A stretch of DNA of 64,000 nucleotides from the IMG/VR virus record IMGVR_UViG_3300032234_000388, positions 96,001 to 160,000 of that record. One strand, 5' to 3'. Shown one piece after another: positions 30,301 through 40,300 of the stretch. Position 1 is the first letter of the stretch. Every line of letters begins with the position of its first letter. The translations under genes and the position numbers were made by a program. Source of the DNA: a virus. Its lineage: Duplodnaviria > Caudoviricetes. Under the pieces are notes generated by a model. That model saw only the letters and a program-made list of their open reading frames with translations. It did not search any database and was not told where the DNA came from.

Positions 30301-32983
30301 CTAGTGTTCCATAATTTCCGTAAGAACTATTACCGTTGGTAGCACGAATTTTTCCACCGTTGTTTGCAAACATTCCGATGTGTGCATAATATGAGAACAC
30401 TGAAACTAATTCAGCACGCCCGTTATTGGTAATCCAAGCACCAATACCATCACTAATAACCTGTGTAAAGTCGTTGGAAACAATAGATTTATTTCCGCCG
30501 TTGTGCAATGCGCCGTCAATCTTTTGACCAATTGCTGCATAACCAAAGGTAGTTACGTTTTGTACGTAGCAGCTTCTTGTAGTGATCCATACTTCTTCGT
30601 GAGATGGTCCCCATCCTGGATCTAACGAAACAAATGCGCCACCGGTTGGTATTTGATACTGTAGAGGCGGTGCCGGATTTGGCAATGTGCCAATTAATCC
30701 AGAAAGTGTCATGTTTCTAATGCCGGTAGCATCTCTAACATAGAACATATCTTCGCCTGCAGAGCCTAATATTAAATTTCTATAATATCTTGCAGCTCTT
30801 AGAGATTTATAATTTCCATCGTATTGTAGATCGTATATCCAAGCATCGATGTATCTAGAGATATCTTTTTGATATCTGTCTAAATCAAATTCGTAAAATG
30901 AGAATTCATCTTGCATGTAAGCTATTGCTTCAGCAATAAAAAACTCTCTATTAAAGTCTAGATAAATTGCAGCATCTAAGAATCCTTGCTCAGTATGTAG
31001 ATTATTACTACCAGTTAATGATGGTTCAGTGATATCTGCATCGTTTATATGATAATTAATATAGTTGATAATTTGTGAAATCAATACTTTAATTGTGTCA
31101 ACTGCTTCTATCGATGCAGACACCGGTCTTAACAATTCTTCACCAATAATTGGGTTTCCAAATTCATCAGTAGTATTTGGTGAAAATTGTGGAGGCACAA
31201 ATGGTACTCGAATATTGTTGACCGGAGTTTCATTATTTCCAGGCGAAGCTGGGGGAGAAACCATAGTAGGTTCTCCTGGAGCGAGCATCTCAGTAATCAA
31301 TACAGATTCAACCATTGATGATATTCTATTTAAAACTGCAATGATATAAGTGCTATCAGAATTTAATGATTCATTTGCAGGATTAGGTTTAACTGTTACT
31401 GATCTTAATTCTTCTCCTCTTACTGCTGTACCTGCTGGAACAACGATTGGTAATATTTCTGTGTAATTACCTGTAGATACTTTAATTGTGTGAAGATATG
31501 TGCTTGTGGGTCTATAGTTTTCTATATATTCGCAGGCAAATCTAATAGTTCTAAAGGGTTTGAATACTGAAAATCCTCGTTGAGGATCAGTAATATCGTC
31601 AGCTGCAACGCTGTCATCTGAGCTAACATAGATTATTTTTTCTATTTCACCCCATTGATTATAAACTAAACTATCCTCAGCATTAGGCATTAACAGTTCG
31701 CCATCAAGTTGAGAGATTCTTACTGGAGTTGTTCCAATAGTACTTGTATCGCCTGCTGCTGTTCTTGAAAAATCAAAAGTTAATAAATCTCCTCTTGTGT
31801 CCATAGCAACATTAGGACCGGCCATTAATATTAAGTCCCAATAATAAAATCCGGAACCGTTGTCGCCTGGATAATTTTCACCACTCGATACGTGAGAAAA
31901 ATTACAACTATACAGACTACCCGCAAAATTTATATAATCGCCAATGAAATACTGAGTATTTGTAATCCAGTTTGCTCTAAAATTAGATCCAACAATTAAA
32001 ATTTCCCAGTTACTACTATCTAGATAATCTAATGAACTTCCGTCGTCGCTTGAATCAACTAATGCAACATAAACATAACCGCCTCTTCTTACAATGTCGC
32101 CACTTTTATAAGTTGCATCGGCTGTCCAATTACCTGCAAAATTTATGCCTTTTGAAATAACAGACCAATTAGAATTGGTTGCTTGATACATTGATGTGTC
32201 TGGAGAGCTATTAAAGTTATTATTATTTGCACGATAGATATAACCGCCATGTTTGACAAAGTCTCCAATAGCATAATATGTGCTGGCATTCCACTCGTCG
32301 TTAAAACTAAATCCGTAAAATTCTGTGGCAAAATTTTCACTAACAATTGCAGCGGTTGTTGTATGCCCGACCGTACATCTTAGTATACTGCCACCGTATT
32401 TTACTAGATCGTTTGATTTGTATCTAGTTCCGTTGGGTATCCATTCTCCTCGATATTCGATATTTGAATGTAAAATTGCCCATTTAAACTGATCGTTTTC
32501 CAACCCTTGAGCAACTGTTCCGGCGGTATGTTCTGTTGTGCATCGATAAACAATTCCACCGTACTTTACTAAGTCTCCAATACCGTATCTAGTTTCTGCG
32601 ACCCATTCATTGGTCCAGTTGAATAACGAAACGTATACAGTCCAATTATCCTGATTAGCAGCAAATGTATTTTCAGCAGTATGACTAATTACGCAAAGAT
32701 ATATTACACCTCCGTATAATACTGTATCTCCTGGATTATATAATGTTGATGCTGTCCAGTTATTACGGAATTGATAACCGTCGGTCATCTTGACCCATGC
32801 TGGAAGCGGCTGTGTTCCTTCGATAAATGCTAGATCATCTGCAAACTCTGATGCTGTGTGTTGTCTGACACAAACCCAAGATCCTCCGCCGTATCGAACT
32901 ACGTCATCTCTATTATAGGCTATAGAACTAGCCCAAACACCCTTCCAGGTGTATCTTAGTCTACTGATCTTAAACTCTGCCAT
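27368..32983 (-). CDS. Giant fibre-like virion protein (1871 aa), paralogue of 19451-27322
   Basis: Same domain order; shared C-terminus (SQVR.TGHDFLDIG, STDQDGNFR, VVPTQRAIKAY). Confidence 0.8.
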   Translation of the reverse strand: MAEFKISRLRYTWKGVWASSIAYNRDDVVRYGGGSWVCVRQHTASEFADDLAFIEGTQPLPAWVKMTDGYQFRNNWTASTLYNPGDTVLYGGVIYLCVISHTAENTFAANQDNWTVYVSLFNWTNEWVAETRYGIGDLVKYGGIVYRCTTEHTAGTVAQGLENDQFKWAILHSNIEYRGEWIPNGTRYKSNDLVKYGGSILRCTVGHTTTAAIVSENFATEFYGFSFNDEWNASTYYAIGDFVKHGGYIYRANNNNFNSSPDTSMYQATNSNWSVISKGINFAGNWTADATYKSGDIVRRGGYVYVALVDSSDDGSSLDYLDSSNWEILIVGSNFRANWITNTQYFIGDYINFAGSLYSCNFSHVSSGENYPGDNGSGFYYWDLILMAGPNVAMDTRGDLLTFDFSRTAAGDTSTIGTTPVRISQLDGELLMPNAEDSLVYNQWGEIEKIIYVSSDDSVAADDITDPQRGFSVFKPFRTIRFACEYIENYRPTSTYLHTIKVSTGNYTEILPIVVPAGTAVRGEELRSVTVKPNPANESLNSDSTYIIAVLNRISSMVESVLITEMLAPGEPTMVSPPASPGNNETPVNNIRVPFVPPQFSPNTTDEFGNPIIGEELLRPVSASIEAVDTIKVLISQIINYINYHINDADITEPSLTGSNNLHTEQGFLDAAIYLDFNREFFIAEAIAYMQDEFSFYEFDLDRYQKDISRYIDAWIYDLQYDGNYKSLRAARYYRNLILGSAGEDMFYVRDATGIRNMTLSGLIGTLPNPAPPLQYQIPTGGAFVSLDPGWGPSHEEVWITTRSCYVQNVTTFGYAAIGQKIDGALHNGGNKSIVSNDFTQVISDGIGAWITNNGRAELVSVFSYYAHIGMFANNGGKIRATNGNSSYGNYGTLADGNDPTESPTFGVINNRLTPATVVSALAGEANDEILLFEFGNAGEQYTTADYTVIGSGVNASVIQEEFRDNAIFEFQVRNSPENIGRTPGGGGYSLIGNNAQSGTSTTITLATSNENTEEELLGLRVIITSGDGTGQYGYVGGFNELTKVVNILKETTGEPGWDHVVQGTPILGALNTSAVYRFEPRLIVDEPPYVVSSSNLITTQTYASIIYGETQETFTAVPADLGSGTTINVIPSQAFFNISKIGRNYTVSLVSGGAGYADEQTLIIPGSLLGGTSPENNITITVKSTSDDSTNSILTFEYEGVGVSGKFIAMPADSNVGRYSYDGTTWTSFTLPSSGDWYNSAAGENTIVAIRYNSDQAASSTNGINWTARSMPATRNWAGIAYGSGIFVAIADDTNIGAYSLNGTSWINTTLPAFGDSTRNEWVDITYGKGKFVAIANSGNTAATGTFANGALTWAPTLMDVSEDSSALDWQSVAYGNQRFVAISSTGQIGYSFDGVTWLPATMPSQDGSTAHFWRRIRYGQGVFFAIGNTGGRDIGEDPTTSPTQFAATSYDGIHWTPRLLSQAANWASLAFGNPDVTLDDSTISNNRPMWVLLSEDFSSQGCKVLTGARALGRVIVESGRVRSVRIWEPGSGYDLAPSYTIIDPNNTTDVYINLRMGDKVLAQPSWINRGVSYKTSNTSVVIRGDGYADIIPNGNFVTIQGVTVLPGPGTQFRFRGEENFFTVTTVEVETQEQDGTYTATFRVSPRLDYDYDLEHGSSVEIRERYSQVRITGHDFLDIGAGNFVDTNYPELYTSGLPFFKAPENEVVEFNGGRVFYTSTDQDGNFRAGELFAVEQSTGVVTISADFFNLEGLTELALGGVRLGGSGAVVREFSTDALFVADSNNVVPTQRAIKAYLQNRLNVGGADLLTASFIAGTVRVGPNLIGNTASLSVLIPIVANFAGIGTYGRPAGMRGSWLAQIMFIKSFKDR
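30381..30481. repeat. 101-nt direct repeat, copy 2
   Basis: Identical to 22479-22579. Confidence 0.85.
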
Positions 32984-32986
32984 GTC

Positions 32987-33367
32987 TTATTCCGTATATC
33001 TGTTTGCGGACACACCTGTTGGATAGGTGTAGCCTTGGTTAATTCTTAAAACTAATTGTCCTTGTGCATCTACATAGTACAAATTACTTCTGTTGTCCCA
33101 TTTATATTGAGTCCATACTAAATTCTCATATTCTATTTCGTGGTCGGCAGTTACGCCTTCAAAAAAATCAATACCAGATTCAAAATCTTCAAAATTTTCT
33201 GAAGGATCGCCTGGCATGTTAATAGTTATAGAATCTTTATCTTTAGCTTGGTCAGATCGAAATAAGAATAGTTCCCCGTCCTCGTTTCTTGTTATCAAAT
33301 AAAGATATCTTGGTGAGGCTCCCAATGCTTCGTCTGGGCTTTGTCCTAGGTAGTATGTACTTGGCAT
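32987..33367 (-). CDS. Hypothetical virion protein
   Basis: SD AAGGA; lies within the structural operon. Confidence 0.6.
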   Translation of the reverse strand: MPSTYYLGQSPDEALGASPRYLYLITRNEDGELFLFRSDQAKDKDSITINMPGDPSENFEDFESGIDFFEGVTADHEIEYENLVWTQYKWDNRSNLYYVDAQGQLVLRINQGYTYPTGVSANRYTE

Positions 33368-33377
33368 ATGCTAATCC

Positions 33378-33710
33378 TTATGATATCTCAACGTAACTTA
33401 TGGTTACATCGATACTTTCTTCTGTATCGCTTTCTATGCGTATACCCGAGGTAGCTGGTAAAATTAATTTTTCACCTTGTGTAATAACTTTTACAGTGCT
33501 GTTAGGAGGAATAATAATACCTCGAGCATACGTGGCCTGTGTAGAGTTTTCGTCTACTACATACATGTTTACCACTGCTGTGTCGTAGTCTGTTACGTTA
33601 GCTATATTGCAGCCGATAACGGTAGCTCTAACACCGTCTTGAATTTGTAATACATCTACTGGTGTGATTCCTACTGATGTTGTTACTGCGTGTCTAAATA
33701 GGGTTGGCAT
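33378..33710 (-). CDS. Small virion structural protein
   Basis: Beta-rich; resembles 19108-19428. Confidence 0.6.
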   Translation of the reverse strand: MPTLFRHAVTTSVGITPVDVLQIQDGVRATVIGCNIANVTDYDTAVVNMYVVDENSTQATYARGIIIPPNSTVKVITQGEKLILPATSGIRIESDTEESIDVTISYVEIS

Positions 33711-33717
33711 TTTTCTT

Positions 33718-34770
33718 TTATCCTAAAGCGATGGCAAAGCCCGCTGAAATGTCGTTTGCTTGAATTTCTGATACAGCTCCAGATGCACCAGCTGGACTTG
33801 CCCAAGAATTACCATCCCATACTTCTAAAGCCTTTGACTCTGTATTATATCTAGTCATACCTAAAACTTGATATCCTATAGGTCGCTGTGCATTATTACC
33901 GGTTGGCGGAACAAATCCGTTAGTACCTTGAATCTTAAAATATCCTGTTCCAGTTTGTGCTATTTGTGTAATTGCATTTACTGATATATTAGTAATAACA
34001 TTATCAACAATTCTAAAATTACCTAGTCTGACTCCACCGGCACCGTTTCCGTCAATATATAAATCTTGACCCGTGGTGGTTGTAATTTCGTTGTCGCGAA
34101 ACATTAGATTTCCAATATCTAATGACGGTACAGTAATTGTATTTGTAAAGAAATTATTGACATAGACAGATCGCCATCTAAAAGACGAGCTACCTAGATC
34201 ATATATGTTGTCTGTTTCAGGAATTAAGTCACTTCTAATACTAGCATTAATTTCAATAACGTCTGTTAGTGCGTCACCGATGGTAATATTTCCACCAATA
34301 ACCACATTGCCTGTGGCTGTGACATTGCCTGTAACTGCTAGGTTTCCTGTGATATTAGTGTTAGCAGCAATATTAACTGTTCCAGTGCCGTTGGGATTTA
34401 ATTCTATGTTAGCATTAGATGCTGTAGTAGATATTGTGCCGCCGGCAAATTGCAGGTCGTCAACCTGCAGTCTTGAATGATATACTGTGGCTTCTCCTGC
34501 TGCCGCTATAAAATTAATAGTAGCAGAATCGCTGGTAATTGTATTACCAGCTATGTGAAAATCGCCAATGTTTAATTGATTGTCTACTGTGAGACTTGTT
34601 GAGCGGGTATGGCCGTTAACGTCTAAATCGGTAGTCGGAGTGGCAGTGTTCACGCCAATGCGGGAGTTGGTTACATTTAAGTATAAGAGGTCAGTCTCAA
34701 ACGCTAAATCTACGCCATCACGGACAAGATTAGCCTTTAAGAGCGGACCGGAAATTCGACCAATAGCCAT
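33718..34770 (-). CDS. Fibre/baseplate-associated structural protein
   Basis: Start MAIGRISG after SD GGAG; RIGVNT..P..LDV.G and L.PNGTG.V fibre repeats; C-terminal P.G..A.RP..G..RYNT. Confidence 0.7.
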   Translation of the reverse strand: MAIGRISGPLLKANLVRDGVDLAFETDLLYLNVTNSRIGVNTATPTTDLDVNGHTRSTSLTVDNQLNIGDFHIAGNTITSDSATINFIAAAGEATVYHSRLQVDDLQFAGGTISTTASNANIELNPNGTGTVNIAANTNITGNLAVTGNVTATGNVVIGGNITIGDALTDVIEINASIRSDLIPETDNIYDLGSSSFRWRSVYVNNFFTNTITVPSLDIGNLMFRDNEITTTTGQDLYIDGNGAGGVRLGNFRIVDNVITNISVNAITQIAQTGTGYFKIQGTNGFVPPTGNNAQRPIGYQVLGMTRYNTESKALEVWDGNSWASPAGASGAVSEIQANDISAGFAIALG

Positions 34771-34870
34771 GCGCTCTCCAAATACCCCGTGTTTCACGGT
34801 TAACCACCTTACATTGCGGGTTTACCACAGTTTGATATCGTAAAAGCCTGGTCAGCCTTTACAGTAATAG

Positions 34871-34878
34871 TATTTATA
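34871..34878 (-). promoter_or_regulatory. Canonical T4 late promoter TATAAATA
   Basis: Exact consensus, about 100 nt upstream of ATG 34770. Confidence 0.75.
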
Positions 34879-34890
34879 TCTTTTGAAAAT

Positions 34891-36135
34891 TTAGCCTAGA
34901 ATGGCGCTGTAAATAAACCCAAGATCTTCCATTAGACGTTGAGTTACAATCTCTCCTCCGCCTGTGGATAATACCCAAGCGTTGCCGTCATAACTTTCTA
35001 AATATTGATCTAAACGTGCTGTAGTATTCCAACGAGTTTCACCTAACTCGGGATTATCTCTACGATCTGCGTCGGGTCCTGCAGGAATAACCATGCCGTT
35101 GCTTCCAGCAAAAAGCACGTAGCCAATACCTGTACTAGCAACTGTTAGTGCAGTGTTGTTTAGGTTGGTTATGTCACCATCTTGCCACTTAGTACGTTCA
35201 ATGTAAACTATGCCTGTATCTGATAATAATTCGATATCTTCGTTGCTTTGTACACCAAAAATGGTATTAGCTATTCCGTTTATGCGCAGTTGATCGCTAA
35301 CTGTTAATGTCTCTGGTCTAAGACCGCTGCCAGGCCAAGCTCCTGTAGTAATGTTAGTCCAATCTGTAGCATGAATTTCACTCCAGCGTCTAGGACTAGA
35401 ATCTCCGGTATTTTCACCTAGAGACCATCTTAGATCATCTCCTGGAATAATACTTTGAGCAAAATCAGTGTTAATGGTCACTGTGTCAATTATTTGATCG
35501 CCTAGAATTAGGTTTCCCTGTTTGGAAAGATTACCACTGATATTGATGTTTCTTGGAGCTAAGGGTGTTCCAACCACTAGATCTCCAGTAATATTAGTGT
35601 TGGCAATGAACTGAACAATTCCAGTACCTGCTGGATCTAATATTATATTTGCATTACTAAAACTAGCAATGTAATTGTCATTAACATCTAGGCTGGCTGT
35701 GTTTAATCGATCATGATATATATCAGTTCCTGCAATAAAAATATCAATTCCGCCCACAGAAGTAGTAAACGTATTTGGAAGGTTAACTACTATATTATCA
35801 ATCGATAATTGATCGATTACAGTTAATTCTCGAGTAAAGATGTTTGAATTTACGTCTAAGTCGTAAATTGGTACATCACGATTAATACCGATTCCTGTGC
35901 CCGTTACTCCGGGATAGTTGGGATCTCCGTCCTCGGCTGGATCAGTTCCTAGTATTTGCGGGCTTACTTTAAGATATAATAGATCTCCGTTAAATGCTAG
36001 ATCAATGCCTTGTCTTAGTAGATTAGCTTCTAGTGCTTTACCACTGATTCGGCCAAGGCTAGCTACGTAGTTATTTTCACTACCGCTGGGTGTTGAACCT
36101 AGTAAATTGTCGTCATCGCCTAGAATGTTGCTCAT
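34891..36135 (-). CDS. Structural protein, paralogue of 33718-34770
   Basis: GRISG..L.ANL.R.G.DLAF shared; same C-terminus; TAAATA at 36153-36158. Confidence 0.7.
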   Translation of the reverse strand: MSNILGDDDNLLGSTPSGSENNYVASLGRISGKALEANLLRQGIDLAFNGDLLYLKVSPQILGTDPAEDGDPNYPGVTGTGIGINRDVPIYDLDVNSNIFTRELTVIDQLSIDNIVVNLPNTFTTSVGGIDIFIAGTDIYHDRLNTASLDVNDNYIASFSNANIILDPAGTGIVQFIANTNITGDLVVGTPLAPRNINISGNLSKQGNLILGDQIIDTVTINTDFAQSIIPGDDLRWSLGENTGDSSPRRWSEIHATDWTNITTGAWPGSGLRPETLTVSDQLRINGIANTIFGVQSNEDIELLSDTGIVYIERTKWQDGDITNLNNTALTVASTGIGYVLFAGSNGMVIPAGPDADRRDNPELGETRWNTTARLDQYLESYDGNAWVLSTGGGEIVTQRLMEDLGFIYSAILG

Positions 36136-36188
36136 ATACGCTCTCTTTTAAATATTTAGCTAGTTTAAGTTACGAGCTCAGGGCATTA

Positions 36189-36638
36189 TTACCTAAAGTT
36201 AAATGCCACTGAGATCCTAAAATCCTCGCTCATATTCTTCAATACCCTGTGTGCTAGATTGCCAGGGAATACTAGAAAGTCGCCCGGTGTGGGTTGGAAA
36301 ACTTGAAACTCACCGTGCCGTTTAAATTCTATGCCCCCGGAATTCTCCGGAGTCTGTATGTATAATACACCGGCCCACTTATAGGGCGTATGACCGTGCC
36401 ACCGATATTCGTCACCAGGAGCCCCACAGTTAAACCACCATTCGTCTATGGTTAAGTCACCTATTGACTCCGCTACTCTATTGTATGTTGATGCGAACCA
36501 AGGATAAGGGTTGGTTTTAATTCTAGGGCTGTGCCAAACACTGTATCTATGCCCGCGAGCATTACTAGGATCTCTGTAGAGTTTTACAACTTCTTCTGCG
36601 ACAATATCATCAACTTCTATATGACTTTGATCAAACAT
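36189..36638 (-). CDS. TIGR02466-like Fe(II)/2OG oxygenase inside the fibre operon
   Basis: WWFN..WHGH..AGVLY..P..GD.LVFPG.L.H.V..RISVAFN. Confidence 0.8.
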   Translation of the reverse strand: MFDQSHIEVDDIVAEEVVKLYRDPSNARGHRYSVWHSPRIKTNPYPWFASTYNRVAESIGDLTIDEWWFNCGAPGDEYRWHGHTPYKWAGVLYIQTPENSGGIEFKRHGEFQVFQPTPGDFLVFPGNLAHRVLKNMSEDFRISVAFNFR

Positions 36639-37318
36639 TATAACCCGTAGACTGCTTTGGTACCAAGAAAATTAGATCCTGAAGGGGAAGAGGTGATATC
36701 AACATCACCTAAACTACCTCGAAATCTGTTACTTGTCGTCATGGCTGTTAAGAGGTTGGAACCAACGGTAAAATATGAAGTTGTGGGTCTGTCTCGTGCT
36801 GCCGTTGTTGTTGCTCGGGTACCGCCGTTGAGTTCGATGCCTAGTGTTCCGCTGCCGTAATAAAAAAACAAATGATTCCACGCATTAAGATTTACTGTGT
36901 CCGAGAATGTAATAGTAGATATACTCTCACCGTTCCATACCCCAGCGTTAATTCTGTTAAAGGAATTTATCTCAAGCATATTGTAGTAGAAGACTGTGTT
37001 CTCAACAGGACTACCTTGTTCAGACATCAATGCTATGTTGTTGGCAGTAGGGTAGAACCAGATATTAAAGAAAAATTCAGGAGCAGCGTTGCCCGCAGTT
37101 GAGATATAGTTTGAACCGTTAAAGACGTGTATATTTTTAGTGGTTAAGCCGTCTGGCATTAAAACTGATTGCAATGCTGGATCATTGCCACCATTTGGTC
37201 TGGTATAACTAGTAGGTGCCGCGTCCCACGTATAGGTACCAACCGCGTCACCACCACCGCCACCACCACCGCCACCGCCACCAGTGTTTGCCGTCAATAA
37301 TATTTGTGTAATAGGCAT
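36638..37318 (-). CDS. LamG/ConA-like lectin-fold protein with an 11-Gly linker
   Basis: F.IWFYP..LNAWNH..LNG..F.G.LGDV.I pattern. Confidence 0.65.
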   Translation of the reverse strand: MPITQILLTANTGGGGGGGGGGGDAVGTYTWDAAPTSYTRPNGGNDPALQSVLMPDGLTTKNIHVFNGSNYISTAGNAAPEFFFNIWFYPTANNIALMSEQGSPVENTVFYYNMLEINSFNRINAGVWNGESISTITFSDTVNLNAWNHLFFYYGSGTLGIELNGGTRATTTAARDRPTTSYFTVGSNLLTAMTTSNRFRGSLGDVDITSSPSGSNFLGTKAVYGL

Positions 37319-37327
37319 TGCGTTTCC

Positions 37328-40300
37328 TTAATCTGTAACATTGCCAGTCAAGAACCAACGGTCTTCACCAACTTTCAACAGTGTGGCCATACCTTGAGGT
37401 GCTAGATCCCAATATTGACCACTACTTACGCCTGGAACTACCACCGTGATACTACCACCATCGGCATCAATGTTGACATTGCCACCATCAGTGTCGTTGA
37501 TAATAACCACAGTAAATCCTATGGGCAGCGGATTATCGTAATGATAGGGCACATTAATTGTAATACTAGGATAAGTTACATAGATATGTTTGCCCATATC
37601 GTCTAGGCACAATCTATGATCCACATTATTTAAAATCTTAAGTTGTGGAATCTGCTGTGCTGAACTGGTCTGTCTAGTACCGTCTGCAAACTCAATAGCA
37701 CCACCATCACGATCCACTACAGGTTGTAGAGTTTGGTAAGAGTCGTTGTTGCTAGGATCCCACCAGTTGCTTAAAATATCTGGAGTCCAGGATTGGAAAT
37801 TGCCATTTCTAATATTTGGTGTAAATGTGTTGGCCTCGGAGACATTGACCTTGTCTACATCATAGGCTTCGGTCTGTACTGTCCAACTGCCGTAGTAGCC
37901 ATCACAGTCTCCGCTCTTGGGCAGTTTGACTAAGAATGCTCTTTCAGCATCATCATCAAAGGCGTTGGTATAACCCGACACATAAAAGTGCTCTGCGTCT
38001 AGAGTTATGTTGCGACCGTTCTTGAAGTATTCGTCATTATTACCAAACTGGTACATTCCTAATGTGCCAAAGAACTTGCGCCAAATAGGTTCACCGTTTG
38101 AGGCAAATCTGATTACCTTGATAACATCTTCGTATTTGTTTTCAAAGTTGGCTTCTGCCACAGCGTAGATGTCACCGTTAGTGTCAATGGCCACTGAACT
38201 GTCGTCACCCGAATCTGTTTTTCTCTGCCATAGAATATTGCCCGAGGTATCCAGTTTGGTAATAACTGTATCGTACTCATAACTATCAAAATAACTTACT
38301 ACCACTGTGGTGCCACGAACTGCCACACACTTGGCACTAGCTCCATTGTCGTCGACATTGGTATTTAGAGCACGACTCCATTGATGTACACCACTGCTGT
38401 TAAACTTGCTGATCACTGCTTGGTAGTCAGTGGAGCTGTCGTTAGTGTAGATTTCGCCTGCGGCATAGATGCTGCCATCACTGCCTGTGGCCACGGAGAA
38501 ATATCTTTCGCTGGCATTGGGGTTTAGACTGCCTACTACTTTGTTCCAGCCTGCCTGCCTGTTGGACCAAACAAACGCTTCACCGCTTGTAGGATAGCTC
38601 AAGGCCCAAGTGCCTGTACCACCAAAGTTCACATTTGATCCGCTTACTACTTCAATACGGACGGTTGTGTTCTGACCGGTACCTCTAAAATCACTAAATC
38701 CATCAACAGTACCGGTAGTGACATTAACAATGGCCGTTAGATCATTGGCAGGGCTTGTGCCACCCAGCTGTGTGCCGGAAATCACTACCACATCTCCATC
38801 GGCATAGTTTGTGCCACCGTTAGTAATATCGTGGTCGTCCCAATCGCCATAGTTGGTGCCTTCTTCTGGACCCCAGAAATCAAATGTCAATCCTGAACCA
38901 GTTTGATAGTTGGTGCCTGATAATCCTGAATAGGTTCCATCATTCCCTAAGCCGGCCCCGAGATATTCAGCGGTTATGCTGGTAATAACGCCATTGCCGG
39001 TTATTTCTGTAATTGTAACAACGATATCAGAATTAGAATTAGCACCTCCCCAAGGGGTGCGATTTAATAAAATTTTATGTCCTACACGATAATTTGTGCC
39101 GCCAGACGCAACAAAGTAACTGTCAATATCTCCGTCGTTAATGGTTACATTAAATGTAGCACCCGAGCCTTGGCGCACTGTGCCAGTCAGTCCTGAATAA
39201 CGATTAAAAGATATATTATTGTATCCTGTTAACCCAGTACCAGAAATTTGCCAGTCGTTGGTATAGACATCAGTGCCTATATCACTTCTGTTGAAGACCA
39301 ATACATCGGTGGTACTACCAGTCTGTGGGGTTAATGTGTATATTCTGCGTTCGTCGTACTTGCGACCCACAGCCACGATACTACCATCACTTTGGAAGTC
39401 AAAATCATAGGCTTCAGTCTCGGCATTAGATAGATCGCCACTGGCACTGTCTTTGAATCCTATCTGATTAACTATTTGGGCAGTGTCCGGATCAATCTCT
39501 AATATCATTGAGTTTTCACCACCGTCATATTCTGCCAACACTGTGACATTGCCTGTAACAGGATTCATTTTGATCGCATTACCGCGTGTTTGGAGCTCAT
39601 CATCATTGTCATAGAGTCTAATGCTCCATAGAATCTCACCCGCACTGTTGTAGCGAACCACAAAGCCTTGCTGACCGTTATTCTCCTGTCCTGTCACATA
39701 GACATCGCCTGTGGCAGGGTCCACACAGTTGGCACGATTCCATACATTAAAATTGTCGTCGTCAACTTGACCAAATATCGAGAACCAACCAATCTGTGTC
39801 TGCGTCAGTTTGATATCACCATCGTTGGGTATGGTCAATGTGCCATCGTTGCCAAATACATATTCGTAAGATGCTGTTTTGATTATCTGCTGTGCCAGTT
39901 CAGCCTCAGCGTAGGTAATTGTGGGAGTAGTAACTTCAATATCGGTTGTGAGAGTTGCAACTATTGGCTCAACTGTGATGCCACCAAGTGTACTGTCTTC
40001 TAGATCCTCTAGGTTAACAAACTTACCTGGTATGCGGCTTTCTTTAACTGTGAACTTTTCATCGCCGCTTCCAATGGTCATTTCACGACCATCTTGGTCA
40101 ATTTGGAATGTGATACTTTCCCAGTAGCGAGTGTTCCAGACATCATCGTCTAGATCACGCTTTTTCACAGTGGCCTGCACGGCTAGTTTACCAGTGGCAC
40201 TGACAGTGAGATTACGGCCTGAGTTTTCGTTCCAATCAAAGTTTGATGTGCCATCTTCTGCAGATTTGCTCTGATAAAATTGGTAGCCATTTGCTTCGAT

